Shown: positions 9,411 to 18,890 of the stretch, in pieces
How positions within the stretch are numbered: the stretch's first letter is position 1
Layout of the letters: every line of letters starts with the position of its first letter
From: a virus
Taxonomy: Duplodnaviria > Caudoviricetes
Reading direction: 5' to 3' (one strand)
IMG/VR virus record: IMGVR_UViG_3300021255_002485
Location: 67,802 to 131,801 of that record
Length of the DNA: 64,000 nt
Notes under the pieces: generated by a model
What the model was told of the DNA's origin: nothing
The model's database searches: none
Seen by the model: only the letters and a program-made list of their open reading frames with translations
Translations under genes and position numbers: made by a program

Positions 9411-9604
9411 TCATCAAAATCATCTTTCTCATGCTCGTCAGATAAAATGAGTAATATTCCTGACAAAAGCATAATTACAATCACTAATCCGATGAGAAAA
9501 TACCACCAAGGATAACCGCTCCATACATTAAGAACCGTATAAAACAAAAATCCTAAAATGTATATATGTTTATTTTTATTTACAAAACTCAATATTTCAT
9601 TCAT
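9395..9604 (-). CDS. small membrane protein
   Basis: Two hydrophobic segments. Confidence 0.6.
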   Translation of the reverse strand: MNEILSFVNKNKHIYILGFLFYTVLNVWSGYPWWYFLIGLVIVIMLLSGILLILSDEHEKDDFDDWMCV

Positions 9605-9731
9605 AATCTTTACCCTTGCCTTTCTATATATGTGGGTACACAGTGAAAAGGGGGAATTATTTGCATAGATAGAAGTGAATCTGTGTACCCACTATCACAA
9701 TGGAGGTAATCGCCTTATGGCTAAGACGACA

Positions 9732-9803
9732 CAGGGCATACTGGATTTGAACCAGTGAATACAGCAGTCAAAGTGCTGTGCCTTACCGCTTGGCGAATGC
9801 CCT
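9732..9803 (-). tRNA. tRNA-Gln (UUG)
   Basis: AGGGCAT/ATGCCCT acceptor, GCCAAGCGGTAAGGC D-arm, CTTTGAC anticodon loop, GGTTCAAATCC. Confidence 0.95.
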
Positions 9804-9859
9804 ATTTGCCACACCCTGAGAGAAAGGGAGAATAAAGAAAAAGGTGTGGCTACAAACAA

Positions 9860-10255
9860 TTAGATATTTTCTGTTTTCTGAAGGCCTGCTCCACCATTAT
9901 AAAAAACTAATTTCATCTGATCTCTCATCTTGGCTTTCACCAGCTTACCCTTGTGGTAAATCTGTGGAGCGCAGCCATACTTCTGAAAGACGACCATTTC
10001 AAAACCTCGATTACCCTCAAACGTAATATTGATTACGTTATCAAGCATATCCAATGCATCCTTCAGAGTGTCATGATAATCGTCAACCTGAGCAGACATT
10101 CTACCGTTCGCATCTAACAGATCCTCTATGGTTTCACAATTCTGATTTATTGCATCCCTCACTCTGTCATACTGTTCGTTATACTGATCGACAGTAGCCT
10201 TATACAAGTTACGTTCCTTTACAAGTTCTTCATACTTCTTTTTACTAATCCACAT
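9860..10255 (-). CDS. coiled-coil hypothetical protein
   Basis: AAGGAG RBS, 131 aa. Confidence 0.7.
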   Translation of the reverse strand: MWISKKKYEELVKERNLYKATVDQYNEQYDRVRDAINQNCETIEDLLDANGRMSAQVDDYHDTLKDALDMLDNVINITFEGNRGFEMVVFQKYGCAPQIYHKGKLVKAKMRDQMKLVFYNGGAGLQKTENI

Positions 10256-10270
10256 TTGATTGACTCCTTT

Positions 10271-11455
10271 TTATATATCGTGTTTCATTAAATATTGTCT
10301 GCTTACGTTCTTAAAACTGACATTAGGATTCTTTATTCCTCTGTATACATATCCCTCTCTTAATCCAGAAGATCCAGGTATCTCACATTCCCCATCTGCT
10401 TGAAGCTTCAAGGTTTCCATATCTTCCGGTAGATAATATTCTTCATTGATAATCGGAACCCATTCTATCCCATATTGCTCACAAAGTGCTTTAGCATCTA
10501 CAGAATTCCATCTACCCTCTACGGAATCAATGAAATTAAATCCAAAAAATCTTAATTCATTCAACTTATGCGGATTACCCTGTATGCTTGGACCACATAT
10601 TTCACCTTGAATAGCTACATAATTCCAATCTGGATTCTTTTCGAGCATATCTTGTAAGAAATCTCTGATATGGAATTTGAATTCCGCATTCCAATAAACA
10701 TTATCATCGTGATAGGTCTTCTGATCGGGAGTGAGCTGTCGCACATTACGAGAACATACGTAGAACTCATATTTGCCACGCTTTAACCTTTCAAGGATAA
10801 ATGTACCGGAAGTTCCATCGCATTTAGTTGTCTGAATAAGAGGCTCTTTATAACCAAATAGCCATTCTTGATCAAGTGCTTCTACACGATTTTCGTCGGT
10901 CTTATGTACAAACTCAAATTTTGTAGGAAATCCTAACGGCTTATCTTTTCTACCAAATACAAAGAAGAGTAACTTTTTGCCCCATTCTCTCTTCATCAAC
11001 CATCTAAACCACTTCTGCTTAGCAAGCCTTTGATGCCTTGCAGCCATAGCATTATATTTTGCATTCGGATTATTTTTTGCTTTACGAATGTTATCTTCGG
11101 CAACGGAATAAGTAACTTTAAGAAGCTCTGTGATATCATCACCTTCATGCCATTCCTTATTAGCAAGCTCTGGTATATTTGAGATCGGAATAGCCAATCC
11201 CTGTGATATGACCCCTAACTTACCAAGCTTATAGGTCTTCACCTTATAATGCTTAGGTTCAAGAAATTTACACCAATCCTTTTCGGGAAGCTTGCTATCT
11301 ATTTCAAAGAAAGCACAAAGATCGCCCTCGTGGAAATCTCCAATATGAGCAAATAATACCCAACCAAGTACACCGATCTTCTCTATACTGTCCGCTCCCT
11401 CGATTGGCTTGACCCATGCTATTTTCTCTATATGCGCTAATTTTCTATCTGCCAT
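10271..11455 (-). CDS. RNA ligase (Rnl2/DRB0094-like)
   Basis: RKLAHIEKI N-terminus, motif I KCDGTS, QGEICG, REGYV, SFKNVS. Confidence 0.9.
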   Translation of the reverse strand: MADRKLAHIEKIAWVKPIEGADSIEKIGVLGWVLFAHIGDFHEGDLCAFFEIDSKLPEKDWCKFLEPKHYKVKTYKLGKLGVISQGLAIPISNIPELANKEWHEGDDITELLKVTYSVAEDNIRKAKNNPNAKYNAMAARHQRLAKQKWFRWLMKREWGKKLLFFVFGRKDKPLGFPTKFEFVHKTDENRVEALDQEWLFGYKEPLIQTTKCDGTSGTFILERLKRGKYEFYVCSRNVRQLTPDQKTYHDDNVYWNAEFKFHIRDFLQDMLEKNPDWNYVAIQGEICGPSIQGNPHKLNELRFFGFNFIDSVEGRWNSVDAKALCEQYGIEWVPIINEEYYLPEDMETLKLQADGECEIPGSSGLREGYVYRGIKNPNVSFKNVSRQYLMKHDI

Positions 11456-11661
11456 TACATACCCCTTTCAAAGCGAAATTCTACATTTGACTGCATTACA
11501 ATCTTGATAGTCCATAGACACATCCAAACACCGGTTGCTTGATATAAGGAATAATCCATCCCGAAGATATGAGTAATAAGCATCCACATAAAAACGACAA
11601 ATGCCCAAGTAAATACTGTTACTCCTACAAGTCCACCTATAACCATCATTATATTTTTCAT
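11455..11661 (-). CDS. small membrane protein
   Basis: Two TM-like segments, GGAGGG RBS. Confidence 0.65.
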   Translation of the reverse strand: MKNIMMVIGGLVGVTVFTWAFVVFMWMLITHIFGMDYSLYQATGVWMCLWTIKIVMQSNVEFRFERGM

Positions 11662-11662
11662 A

Positions 11663-12274
11663 TCATCCCTCCGTCTTAATGATTACATACTCCCAACCAT
11701 CGTCTTTCATGTGATAATCCTCTAATACTCCAATCATTTCTTTCATGCGATGAGCGTCATATTCCTGAGAATTCCAATCTGCCCATGAGAAGTATGCATA
11801 TTCAGAGCAGCTTGGCTCACAGTATTCCTCTCCGTATTCATCCTTTTTAGGTTTAGGAGTGCCAAATTTCAGCTCATTCTCCAACTTCATAGCGTATTCT
11901 GCCGGATCTAATACGTCGTAAAAGCCCTCAAAATATTCACCATTGAGATATTCATTAATGTCCTTAATCTTGCAATATCCTCTCTTGATATAATTACTTG
12001 AAGGAATGTCTTTAGCGGGCAAATACCCAAAATAAGGACTAATTTGTCCGTAACCGATATCAGGATCTAGACCGCATTCATATTTGAATTCTTCTTTCAG
12101 TTCGTCAGTTAAATTTTCCTCTGTGATGTGATAAAAAAGATTACCTATTTCCGTGGTGAAAGAACGCGACTCCGTATATATAGGCTTCAGATGTCCATTA
12201 GCATCATATGGTCCCCACGGTTTGATCTTATTATCTTTCATAATTCCACAATACATAGTCGTATACCAGCTCAT
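11663..12274 (-). CDS. hypothetical protein
   Basis: 203-aa ORF with GAGG RBS. Confidence 0.75.
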   Translation of the reverse strand: MSWYTTMYCGIMKDNKIKPWGPYDANGHLKPIYTESRSFTTEIGNLFYHITEENLTDELKEEFKYECGLDPDIGYGQISPYFGYLPAKDIPSSNYIKRGYCKIKDINEYLNGEYFEGFYDVLDPAEYAMKLENELKFGTPKPKKDEYGEEYCEPSCSEYAYFSWADWNSQEYDAHRMKEMIGVLEDYHMKDDGWEYVIIKTEG

Positions 12275-12392
12275 TTCTACACCTCGATCTTCCTCAATAA
12301 ACCCTCTATCTGAGATTTTTGCTTTCCAGTTAGCTTAAGTTCATCTTTGTCTCTTAAAACCCATTTCAGAGCCACCCAATAAAATAGTCTTT

Positions 12393-12719
12393 TCATTTAT
12401 CATCCCTCGTGAGATAGTCATACAACTTTTCTGCTGTACTGAAGTCTATTTCATTACCATCTTCAGTAATACATCCGGGTTTATACTCTTTCCCAAAATC
12501 AAGTTCATAGCAGAAATATCCGATATCTTCGGCTTTATCTTGCATAATTTCTTGTAAGAGATCCACAACATCCACATCTAATCCCATGCCAAGACCGAAT
12601 ACGCTTATGTCTGTGTGATTATCATGAGAATAGTTATTGCATAATCCCCAGATAGCTTCTTCAAATCTCCTCGCATTCTCCAATTTCTTCAGTATCTGAC
12701 AAAACTTCTTCTTGTCCAT
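12393..12719 (-). CDS. hypothetical phage protein
   Basis: YFCYELDFG...LYDYL motif common in phage proteins. Confidence 0.75.
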   Translation of the reverse strand: MDKKKFCQILKKLENARRFEEAIWGLCNNYSHDNHTDISVFGLGMGLDVDVVDLLQEIMQDKAEDIGYFCYELDFGKEYKPGCITEDGNEIDFSTAEKLYDYLTRDDK

Positions 12720-12877
12720 TTCTTTTCACCTGTATTCCCCAACTATAAGGGAACTCCTTTAATGCATCTCTATATCTAATAGCTTCTTCTCTATCGCCTG
12801 TTTTTAGTATCAAAACAGAGTGTTCATCAAGTTTCGCATCAAAACCCAATTTTTGAATCTTTTTCTCCCATTCCTGT

Positions 12878-13234
12878 TTACTCAACAAGTTTAAGTACCT
12901 CGCTTATTTTCTCGTCTGATAATGGTCTGAATATCACTCCAATATCCTCGATTTTTTCATAATCCTGTCCCTCTAATAAATTCAACCCCGACAATTGACC
13001 GACCAAAATCAACAATAGTTCTTTCGTAATAGTTTGTATAAATGGTTTATTGTTTTGTTGTATATAATCCTCGTAAAGCTCTACATCGGGGTTGAATTTA
13101 GTTACATAAAACTTGCCGAGCTTTGTGTAATACATTTTTGTATTATTAATAAATAGGTTTTTCCAATACTTTTCTCCAATTTTAATTATTGTGTCTATGC
13201 TACAATCTTCAGTTAATATAATTAATCTTTGCAT
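12878..13234 (-). CDS. hypothetical protein
   Basis: 118-aa ORF with GGAG RBS. Confidence 0.65.
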   Translation of the reverse strand: MQRLIILTEDCSIDTIIKIGEKYWKNLFINNTKMYYTKLGKFYVTKFNPDVELYEDYIQQNNKPFIQTITKELLLILVGQLSGLNLLEGQDYEKIEDIGVIFRPLSDEKISEVLKLVE

Positions 13235-13245
13235 CTCAAACTCCG

Positions 13246-13866
13246 TTATCTATAATAATGATGTCCAGTTGAATCCGTAAATAAATACGTTGCTCCGTTG
13301 AAAGTCGATGTTTTTCTACTACTCTTAAAGTACAATGCACCTTCCGTTGTATCACCACACAGATACGCGTATTCACAGGCAGCTATTGTTAACGGATCAA
13401 TATTCTTTTTATTATAAGAGAATTGCCCTGGACTTATAACAACCTCTTTTATTGTATTCGGAAACTTATCTGTTTCATCTTTTGCCCGATTTATGATTAC
13501 ATTTGCTACATTTACTTTATCAATAAATACTTGGCATCCATGTGTCTCGGTTTCCACACACTGTTGAAGATATTTGATATCTTCTTCGGAATAAATGTCA
13601 TATATAGTATCCGTGCTATCCAAATAGTTTTTATATGCTTCATTTATTCTGTTATATTCAATCATATACTGAACAGGATCTGTAATGAGTAAAGTGCTAA
13701 TACGCATCATTTCCTTATATGCCAGTATTTCAAAGTTCTCTCTCATTACTACTTCTGCGCCAGCTATGATGTCTTCTGTAACATTTGGTTCCTCTGCTCT
13801 AATTTGTACTGGGAACATAAAACCAATCAAAACAAGTAATAGCAATACTCTATATATATTTTTCAT
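13246..13866 (-). CDS. cell wall hydrolase, SleB/Hydrolase_2 family, with signal peptide
   Basis: VANVIINR, FPNTIKEVV.SPGQFS, GALYF, GHHYY; N-terminal hydrophobic signal. Confidence 0.88.
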   Translation of the reverse strand: MKNIYRVLLLLVLIGFMFPVQIRAEEPNVTEDIIAGAEVVMRENFEILAYKEMMRISTLLITDPVQYMIEYNRINEAYKNYLDSTDTIYDIYSEEDIKYLQQCVETETHGCQVFIDKVNVANVIINRAKDETDKFPNTIKEVVISPGQFSYNKKNIDPLTIAACEYAYLCGDTTEGALYFKSSRKTSTFNGATYLFTDSTGHHYYR

Positions 13867-13880
13867 CTGTCTACCTCGTA

Positions 13881-13909
13881 ATTGTAACATTGTATTTTAA
13901 TTGTGTCAA
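13881..13909 (-). promoter_or_regulatory. sigma-A promoter with AATTAAAA spacer motif
   Basis: TTGACA-CAATTAAAATACAATGT(17)-TACAAT, extended -10 TG. Confidence 0.8.
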
Positions 13910-13916
13910 CTATGTA

Positions 13917-14984
13917 TCAAAAAAGATCATCTTCATCCTCGGAATTCTCTTTATATTTAAGTTGATCACAGTATTCTTTCCAATATTTACAAGAGGTACT
14001 GAAATCGCATAAAGAGCTGCAAAAAAATGATTCCTTATTGATATCACATGGATGGAAGTTCTTTTCTACGTTACCACATTTATGATACTTCTCAATACTA
14101 TCATTGATATACTGTTTGCATTCTTCTATTACTTCATCCGTCAGCTCATAATCTCTTACATAAGGAACGGTTTTGAATTGAGATCTGAGTTCTTTCGGTA
14201 AACATTCCATTGAATTATCCTGTTCCGCTTGGAATAACAAAGCATCTGTATCCACTTCGTCATATCCCATATCCGACAATTTCTTTTCTAATACACTACG
14301 CAGATCCTTGATATAATTTCTCCATTCGCTGATCTTATCTTTGGGTTTACCGTTTTTCTGTATCCATGTAGTTTTACAGTATTTAAGCATACACCAACTT
14401 ACTCTGTTGACCGTATACCCTTCTTCCTGCATGGCTAACGCATATAGCACAAGCTGTCTGCCAGCTTCAACCAAATGCTTCTTATCATAATTGGAACTGG
14501 TTTTCCAATCGACGATATATACACCATTCTTATCATATCTAATAAGATCTATATATCCTTGAATCCATATATTATCTTTCCAATGAAGTAGAATAAGCTT
14601 TTCTGTCTCGAACTTCCCCTTTGGAGTCTTAAATTCTTGAGCAAACTTACTCATATTAACTATCCAATTATTGCGCAATGTCGGATTACCATTCCGATCT
14701 AACGGAAAATCTATCCCAAGGATATCCAAATTCTCTAATTCCTTATTAATTGCATCTTTAAGAATAGATTCTTCGGCTTCGCCCTTAACACATTTCTCAA
14801 GAGCATCATGTATGGACGAACCTAATGCACTCCATACACCTGTCTTTTTCGGAAGACATGCTATATAAGATAAATACGCTTGATATTCACATTGGTTTAT
14901 ACAATTCAACCGGGATATACTATATACTTCCTCTCCTTCATCAAACAGTTTCTGTAATTCTGGTGCTATTTCTCTCGCTGCCAT
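13917..14984 (-). CDS. PD-(D/E)XK nuclease (RecB/AddB/Cas4-like exonuclease)
   Basis: SISRL, GSSIH, GYIDL..IVDWKT, QLVLYA, C-terminal Cys cluster; start after GGAGG. Confidence 0.88.
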   Translation of the reverse strand: MAAREIAPELQKLFDEGEEVYSISRLNCINQCEYQAYLSYIACLPKKTGVWSALGSSIHDALEKCVKGEAEESILKDAINKELENLDILGIDFPLDRNGNPTLRNNWIVNMSKFAQEFKTPKGKFETEKLILLHWKDNIWIQGYIDLIRYDKNGVYIVDWKTSSNYDKKHLVEAGRQLVLYALAMQEEGYTVNRVSWCMLKYCKTTWIQKNGKPKDKISEWRNYIKDLRSVLEKKLSDMGYDEVDTDALLFQAEQDNSMECLPKELRSQFKTVPYVRDYELTDEVIEECKQYINDSIEKYHKCGNVEKNFHPCDINKESFFCSSLCDFSTSCKYWKEYCDQLKYKENSEDEDDLF

Positions 14985-15134
14985 TTTTATCCTCCCAATA
15001 ATAGTCGCATTTACCATCTTTTATCGTTTCGAAAAATGCCGAATACGACTGTAATCTTTCTGGTTTTGATGTAAACCTGTAACAATTGACACGCTTTTCA
15101 CATCCTTTACCATCACATTTTGTAATGTCTAACA

Positions 15135-16142
15135 TTATGTCACCTCATATCTACAATTCTTTACTAAATTCAAAAAACATTCTTTTCCTAAATCCGTAGG
15201 ACTCATTTTTGATCCCCTCGGTAAATACTCTCCTGTTCTGTCGTATATATAAAAAACTTTGTTTCGGTATCTCTGATCTTCAATGAGCAGCTTTTTGGTT
15301 TCATAAGCTACCTCTTCTTCAATTAAATCTTGGTCAAATGCTACCGTTATTTCCACATTTAACATTCTAATATACTTTAATTGTGTCACGCTTAAGTTGT
15401 GACCGCCTATTGCTACTCCACAATTCATATCAAATGACATGCCTTGCATCACTGATTTCTCCGCTTCGAAGATGAATATTCGATTATGTTTAATTATATT
15501 CGTATAGTTAACATCTAATCCATACACTACATTACTTTTTTTATATGGAATGTACATAAACCATCTGTGACTATCATCTGCATTAGGATCATTATTTCGT
15601 CCCTTACATCCTACCAACATATGATTGATATCATATATGGGTATCAATACTGCATCATCTTCATGTGAATATCTAACCCCCATCCTATTCTGAATCTGAT
15701 AAGATACACCATCACGAAAAAATTTGTAACTCAACGAGTTTGCTGGAGGTAGATCCTGTTCATGATAATGCGGCATATCAGACATTGTATTTGGTGAATC
15801 CTTGATTAATTCCCGATAGAAACCACCAAAAGGCCATATTACTTTTACATGAGATACCTGTATATTTAATACTTTTGCCACATATCTGATACTATCTGGG
15901 AAATTACAATGCTTTGTCTCCATAACTAAGGTAAATAGATTCCCTTTAGATCCATGTGAGAAATTCTCATAATGCAAATTATCTTTATAAATGGCTATAG
16001 CTGACGGATTATCACCTCCAATGTTTTGAAAGGAATAGTATTCTCCTTTATCCTTAATATGTTCAAAACCCATTACCTCAAACAAATCTCTTATATACTC
16101 AGGACGAGCGATTATCTTCTCTTGTAACTCCACTACGTCCAT
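15135..16142 (-). CDS. DNA primase (Toprim), SPbeta YorJ-like
   Basis: IFEAEKS and AFD Toprim motifs; position next to the helicase. Confidence 0.82.
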   Translation of the reverse strand: MDVVELQEKIIARPEYIRDLFEVMGFEHIKDKGEYYSFQNIGGDNPSAIAIYKDNLHYENFSHGSKGNLFTLVMETKHCNFPDSIRYVAKVLNIQVSHVKVIWPFGGFYRELIKDSPNTMSDMPHYHEQDLPPANSLSYKFFRDGVSYQIQNRMGVRYSHEDDAVLIPIYDINHMLVGCKGRNNDPNADDSHRWFMYIPYKKSNVVYGLDVNYTNIIKHNRIFIFEAEKSVMQGMSFDMNCGVAIGGHNLSVTQLKYIRMLNVEITVAFDQDLIEEEVAYETKKLLIEDQRYRNKVFYIYDRTGEYLPRGSKMSPTDLGKECFLNLVKNCRYEVT

Positions 16143-16156
16143 AAATCAATCCTCCA

Positions 16157-17290
16157 TCAGTCACCAATCATTTCTACTCCTTCAACCAGTGTTTTTACTA
16201 ATTGTTCGACTTCTTCTACTGTATTTTCCTCATCAAACGTAAATCTCAATGATGCATTGGCTGCTTCCTCACTTAACCCTATGGCTTGCAAAACATGTGA
16301 TGGTTCATGTGATTGTGAATTACAAGCAGATCCAGATGATACACATATATCAAACTGTCCAAGATAAGCTAATAGCTGTTCGCCGGTTACATTATAATTC
16401 TGAAAACAAACATTCACACAGCTCTCCATACTTGTTTGTCCGCCATTATTGAATGTTATCTCCGGCAACGCTAATTTCAACTGAGACTTTAGATTCCAAT
16501 GAATTTCGTGTATCTGTTTTTCTCGTTCTTCTTGTTCTCTGTATGACTTTTCAGCTGCATATGCAAGCCCGACAATTCCAGATACGTTCTCTGTTCCTGC
16601 TATTATTCCTCGTTGTTGAGATCCGCCATAAGTCAGTTGAGCCATAGAATCTTTATATTTTTCTCTTATATATACGAAACCAATTCCTTGTGGACCATGA
16701 AACTTATGACCGACGCAAGATAGAAAATCGATGCATTGAGAATCGACATTAATAGGTAATTTTCCAAAAGCCTGAACAGCATCCGTATGAAAAGGAACAT
16801 CGGCTTTTCTGCATATATGCCCTATCTGTTCAATGTCTTGTATGCTCCCTATTTCATTATTGACATACATAATAGATACAAGATTAGCCACAGAAACGTG
16901 CTGATCAAGTTCTGAAATGTCAATTAATCCATTGATATCTACCGGAAGTTCTATAACTCGAACATCATGTTTATCCTTCAACATATTAAACGTGTTTAAC
17001 ACAGCGTGATGCTCAATAGCAGAAGTAATACCAACTGTACCTCTTCTACACATAGAACGAATAATCCAGTTATCTGCAATACTTCCAGATGCAACAAAAT
17101 ATATTTCGTCTGGATGACAATGGACTAATGCAGCTATTTTCTCTTTAGACTCCATAATAGCTTTACGTGATTTATCTGCAAAAGGATATAAGGCAGACGG
17201 ATTTCCATATTCTTCCACTGCATAAGGCTTCATTATATCCCATACTTCTTCACTTGTTCGCGTTGTTGCATATTTATCAAAATTTATCAT
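16157..17290 (-). CDS. iscS: cysteine desulfurase (IscS/NifS family)
   Basis: YGNPS, EHHAV, HTDAVQ, GHKFHGPQG (PLP lysine), SSGSACNS (catalytic Cys). Confidence 0.95.
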   Translation of the reverse strand: MINFDKYATTRTSEEVWDIMKPYAVEEYGNPSALYPFADKSRKAIMESKEKIAALVHCHPDEIYFVASGSIADNWIIRSMCRRGTVGITSAIEHHAVLNTFNMLKDKHDVRVIELPVDINGLIDISELDQHVSVANLVSIMYVNNEIGSIQDIEQIGHICRKADVPFHTDAVQAFGKLPINVDSQCIDFLSCVGHKFHGPQGIGFVYIREKYKDSMAQLTYGGSQQRGIIAGTENVSGIVGLAYAAEKSYREQEEREKQIHEIHWNLKSQLKLALPEITFNNGGQTSMESCVNVCFQNYNVTGEQLLAYLGQFDICVSSGSACNSQSHEPSHVLQAIGLSEEAANASLRFTFDEENTVEEVEQLVKTLVEGVEMIGD

Positions 17291-17311
17291 TTCTGCTATT
17301 CCTCATTATAT

Positions 17312-17392
17312 AAAAAATGGCTACGGTGTAGGTATTTTACGTATGGAAGGGAATTAAGAAAGTGAGTATATGAAAGGAATTCCGTAGCCATA
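17312..17392 (-). ncRNA. candidate ~80-nt stem-closed sRNA with anti-Shine-Dalgarno loop
   Basis: ATGGCTACGG/CCGTAGCCAT 10-bp stem plus U-tract; starts about 6 nt after a TATGAT -10; CU-rich loop. Confidence 0.55.
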
Positions 17393-17397
17393 TTTAT

Positions 17398-17426
17398 ATC
17401 ATATCTTGCCATTTTAATTTTGTCAA
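17398..17426 (-). promoter_or_regulatory. sigma-A promoter with AATTAAAA spacer motif
   Basis: TTGACA-AAATTAAAATGGCAAGA(17)-TATGAT. Confidence 0.8.
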
Positions 17427-18890
17427 TCATCTGCGAGTATTTACGTGATCATTTAAAATATTACAATATCCTATCTCATACCAACGGTTCCATGCGCTCT
17501 TCCATTCGTATAGAATCTGTCGATCTCCCTCATCATTTCTTGTTTTGTTTATAAAACAAACATAATATGTCTTATTGGGATCAAGCGTGATCTCTTCTTT
17601 TATCTTCTTGTTATCCTTTTTATATTTATAAGGATGACAATCGTACTTTCCACCGGAATACTCGTCTGCCCAAAGCTTGCGCATCATAATAAGTTCACTG
17701 ACCACCTCTTTAATCTGTTTGCTTGAACTAAGGCAGCTTGCATCAAGATATCTTTGATTTGTTGTATACAGAGCAAGCTGAAAAGTACAAGTCAGGGCAA
17801 TATTCAACTTTGAAACTAAATTGAATATCTTACGAGAATTCATTAGTAACTGATACCAAGCATCTCCGTCTACTGCATCATCACCTTTCATTGTATCCCA
17901 TACAATATAACGCACCCCAGAATGAGCGAGTTTCTTAATAAATCTCTCTATAAGGTTAGTATCATTATCAAATATTTTGATAAACTGAATGTTACCGTAT
18001 TTTTCGTCACCAATCTTCTGTGCTTCCTTGATCTTGACCATTTCTTCATCTGTATACTTGCCCAATTTAATCTTCTTACGGGTCAATGACCATGTATCTA
18101 AATCTCTTGTAAGAACATGGGATAACAGCATATTTTGATAAACCTTGATATCCATTTCGTTGCTGATAATAGCAACTTTATTCTCCTTCTGTATCGGTAT
18201 TACCATATTCTCAAAGATCCAACTCGATTTTCCTGTCCCGGAATGCCCGCTAAACAAGAAGACATCCCCTAATGGAGCACCAAGTGTAGTGTAATTGAGC
18301 AAAGGAGCATTTTCTCCGTAACTCAACCCTACATTCTCACCAGACATATTGTTCTTAATGAACTCGTCGGTGATACGAAGTTGTTCTATTTGCGCTTGAT
18401 GCCCCATTTTGAGAGATACTGAACTATTCAGTAACTCGAAAACATCATAAACATCATCGTTTGTAGCGTTATCAAACCTCTCTACATGAGTAAATAATTC
18501 CTCAGACTTCTTTGCCATTTCAGATAAAGAATTCATACGAGCAATCTTATCGTAATAGCCCTCTACATTCTCTGGATCAACAAGATCCTGCAAATCCTTT
18601 ATTGTCTGATATCCACCGTACTCTTCAAACTTCTTCTTAACCTTTTTATTATTAGTCAAAAAAGCTTCAATAGATATATGGTCAAACTTCCTAACTCCCT
18701 GTTCCCACATTCCTCTGCCGAGCATCCAGTAGAATTGTGCATCTTTATCTTGTAATGTTTCGTCTTTACCGACATTAATTTCTTTATAATCTGCAAATAA
18801 ATCGGGATTAGACCAGCAAGCAAATACAAAACATGCTTCAACCTTTTCTCGACCATTATTTATCTTCTTCAACGTTTCTTGTAGATTCAT
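17427..18890 (-). CDS. replicative helicase, DnaB-like (SPbeta YorI-like)
   Basis: Walker A GHSGTGKS, ISNEM, VWDTMK, FQL, KTRN. Confidence 0.88.
   Translation of the reverse strand: MNLQETLKKINNGREKVEACFVFACWSNPDLFADYKEINVGKDETLQDKDAQFYWMLGRGMWEQGVRKFDHISIEAFLTNNKKVKKKFEEYGGYQTIKDLQDLVDPENVEGYYDKIARMNSLSEMAKKSEELFTHVERFDNATNDDVYDVFELLNSSVSLKMGHQAQIEQLRITDEFIKNNMSGENVGLSYGENAPLLNYTTLGAPLGDVFLFSGHSGTGKSSWIFENMVIPIQKENKVAIISNEMDIKVYQNMLLSHVLTRDLDTWSLTRKKIKLGKYTDEEMVKIKEAQKIGDEKYGNIQFIKIFDNDTNLIERFIKKLAHSGVRYIVWDTMKGDDAVDGDAWYQLLMNSRKIFNLVSKLNIALTCTFQLALYTTNQRYLDASCLSSSKQIKEVVSELIMMRKLWADEYSGGKYDCHPYKYKKDNKKIKEEITLDPNKTYYVCFINKTRNDEGDRQILYEWKSAWNRWYEIGYCNILNDHVNTRR

Noticed and set aside
7470-9731. 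HDV-like theta ribozymes 3' of the tRNAs
   Set aside because: I could not build the nested double pseudoknot after any tRNA by eye; a descriptor search would be needed to exclude it fully
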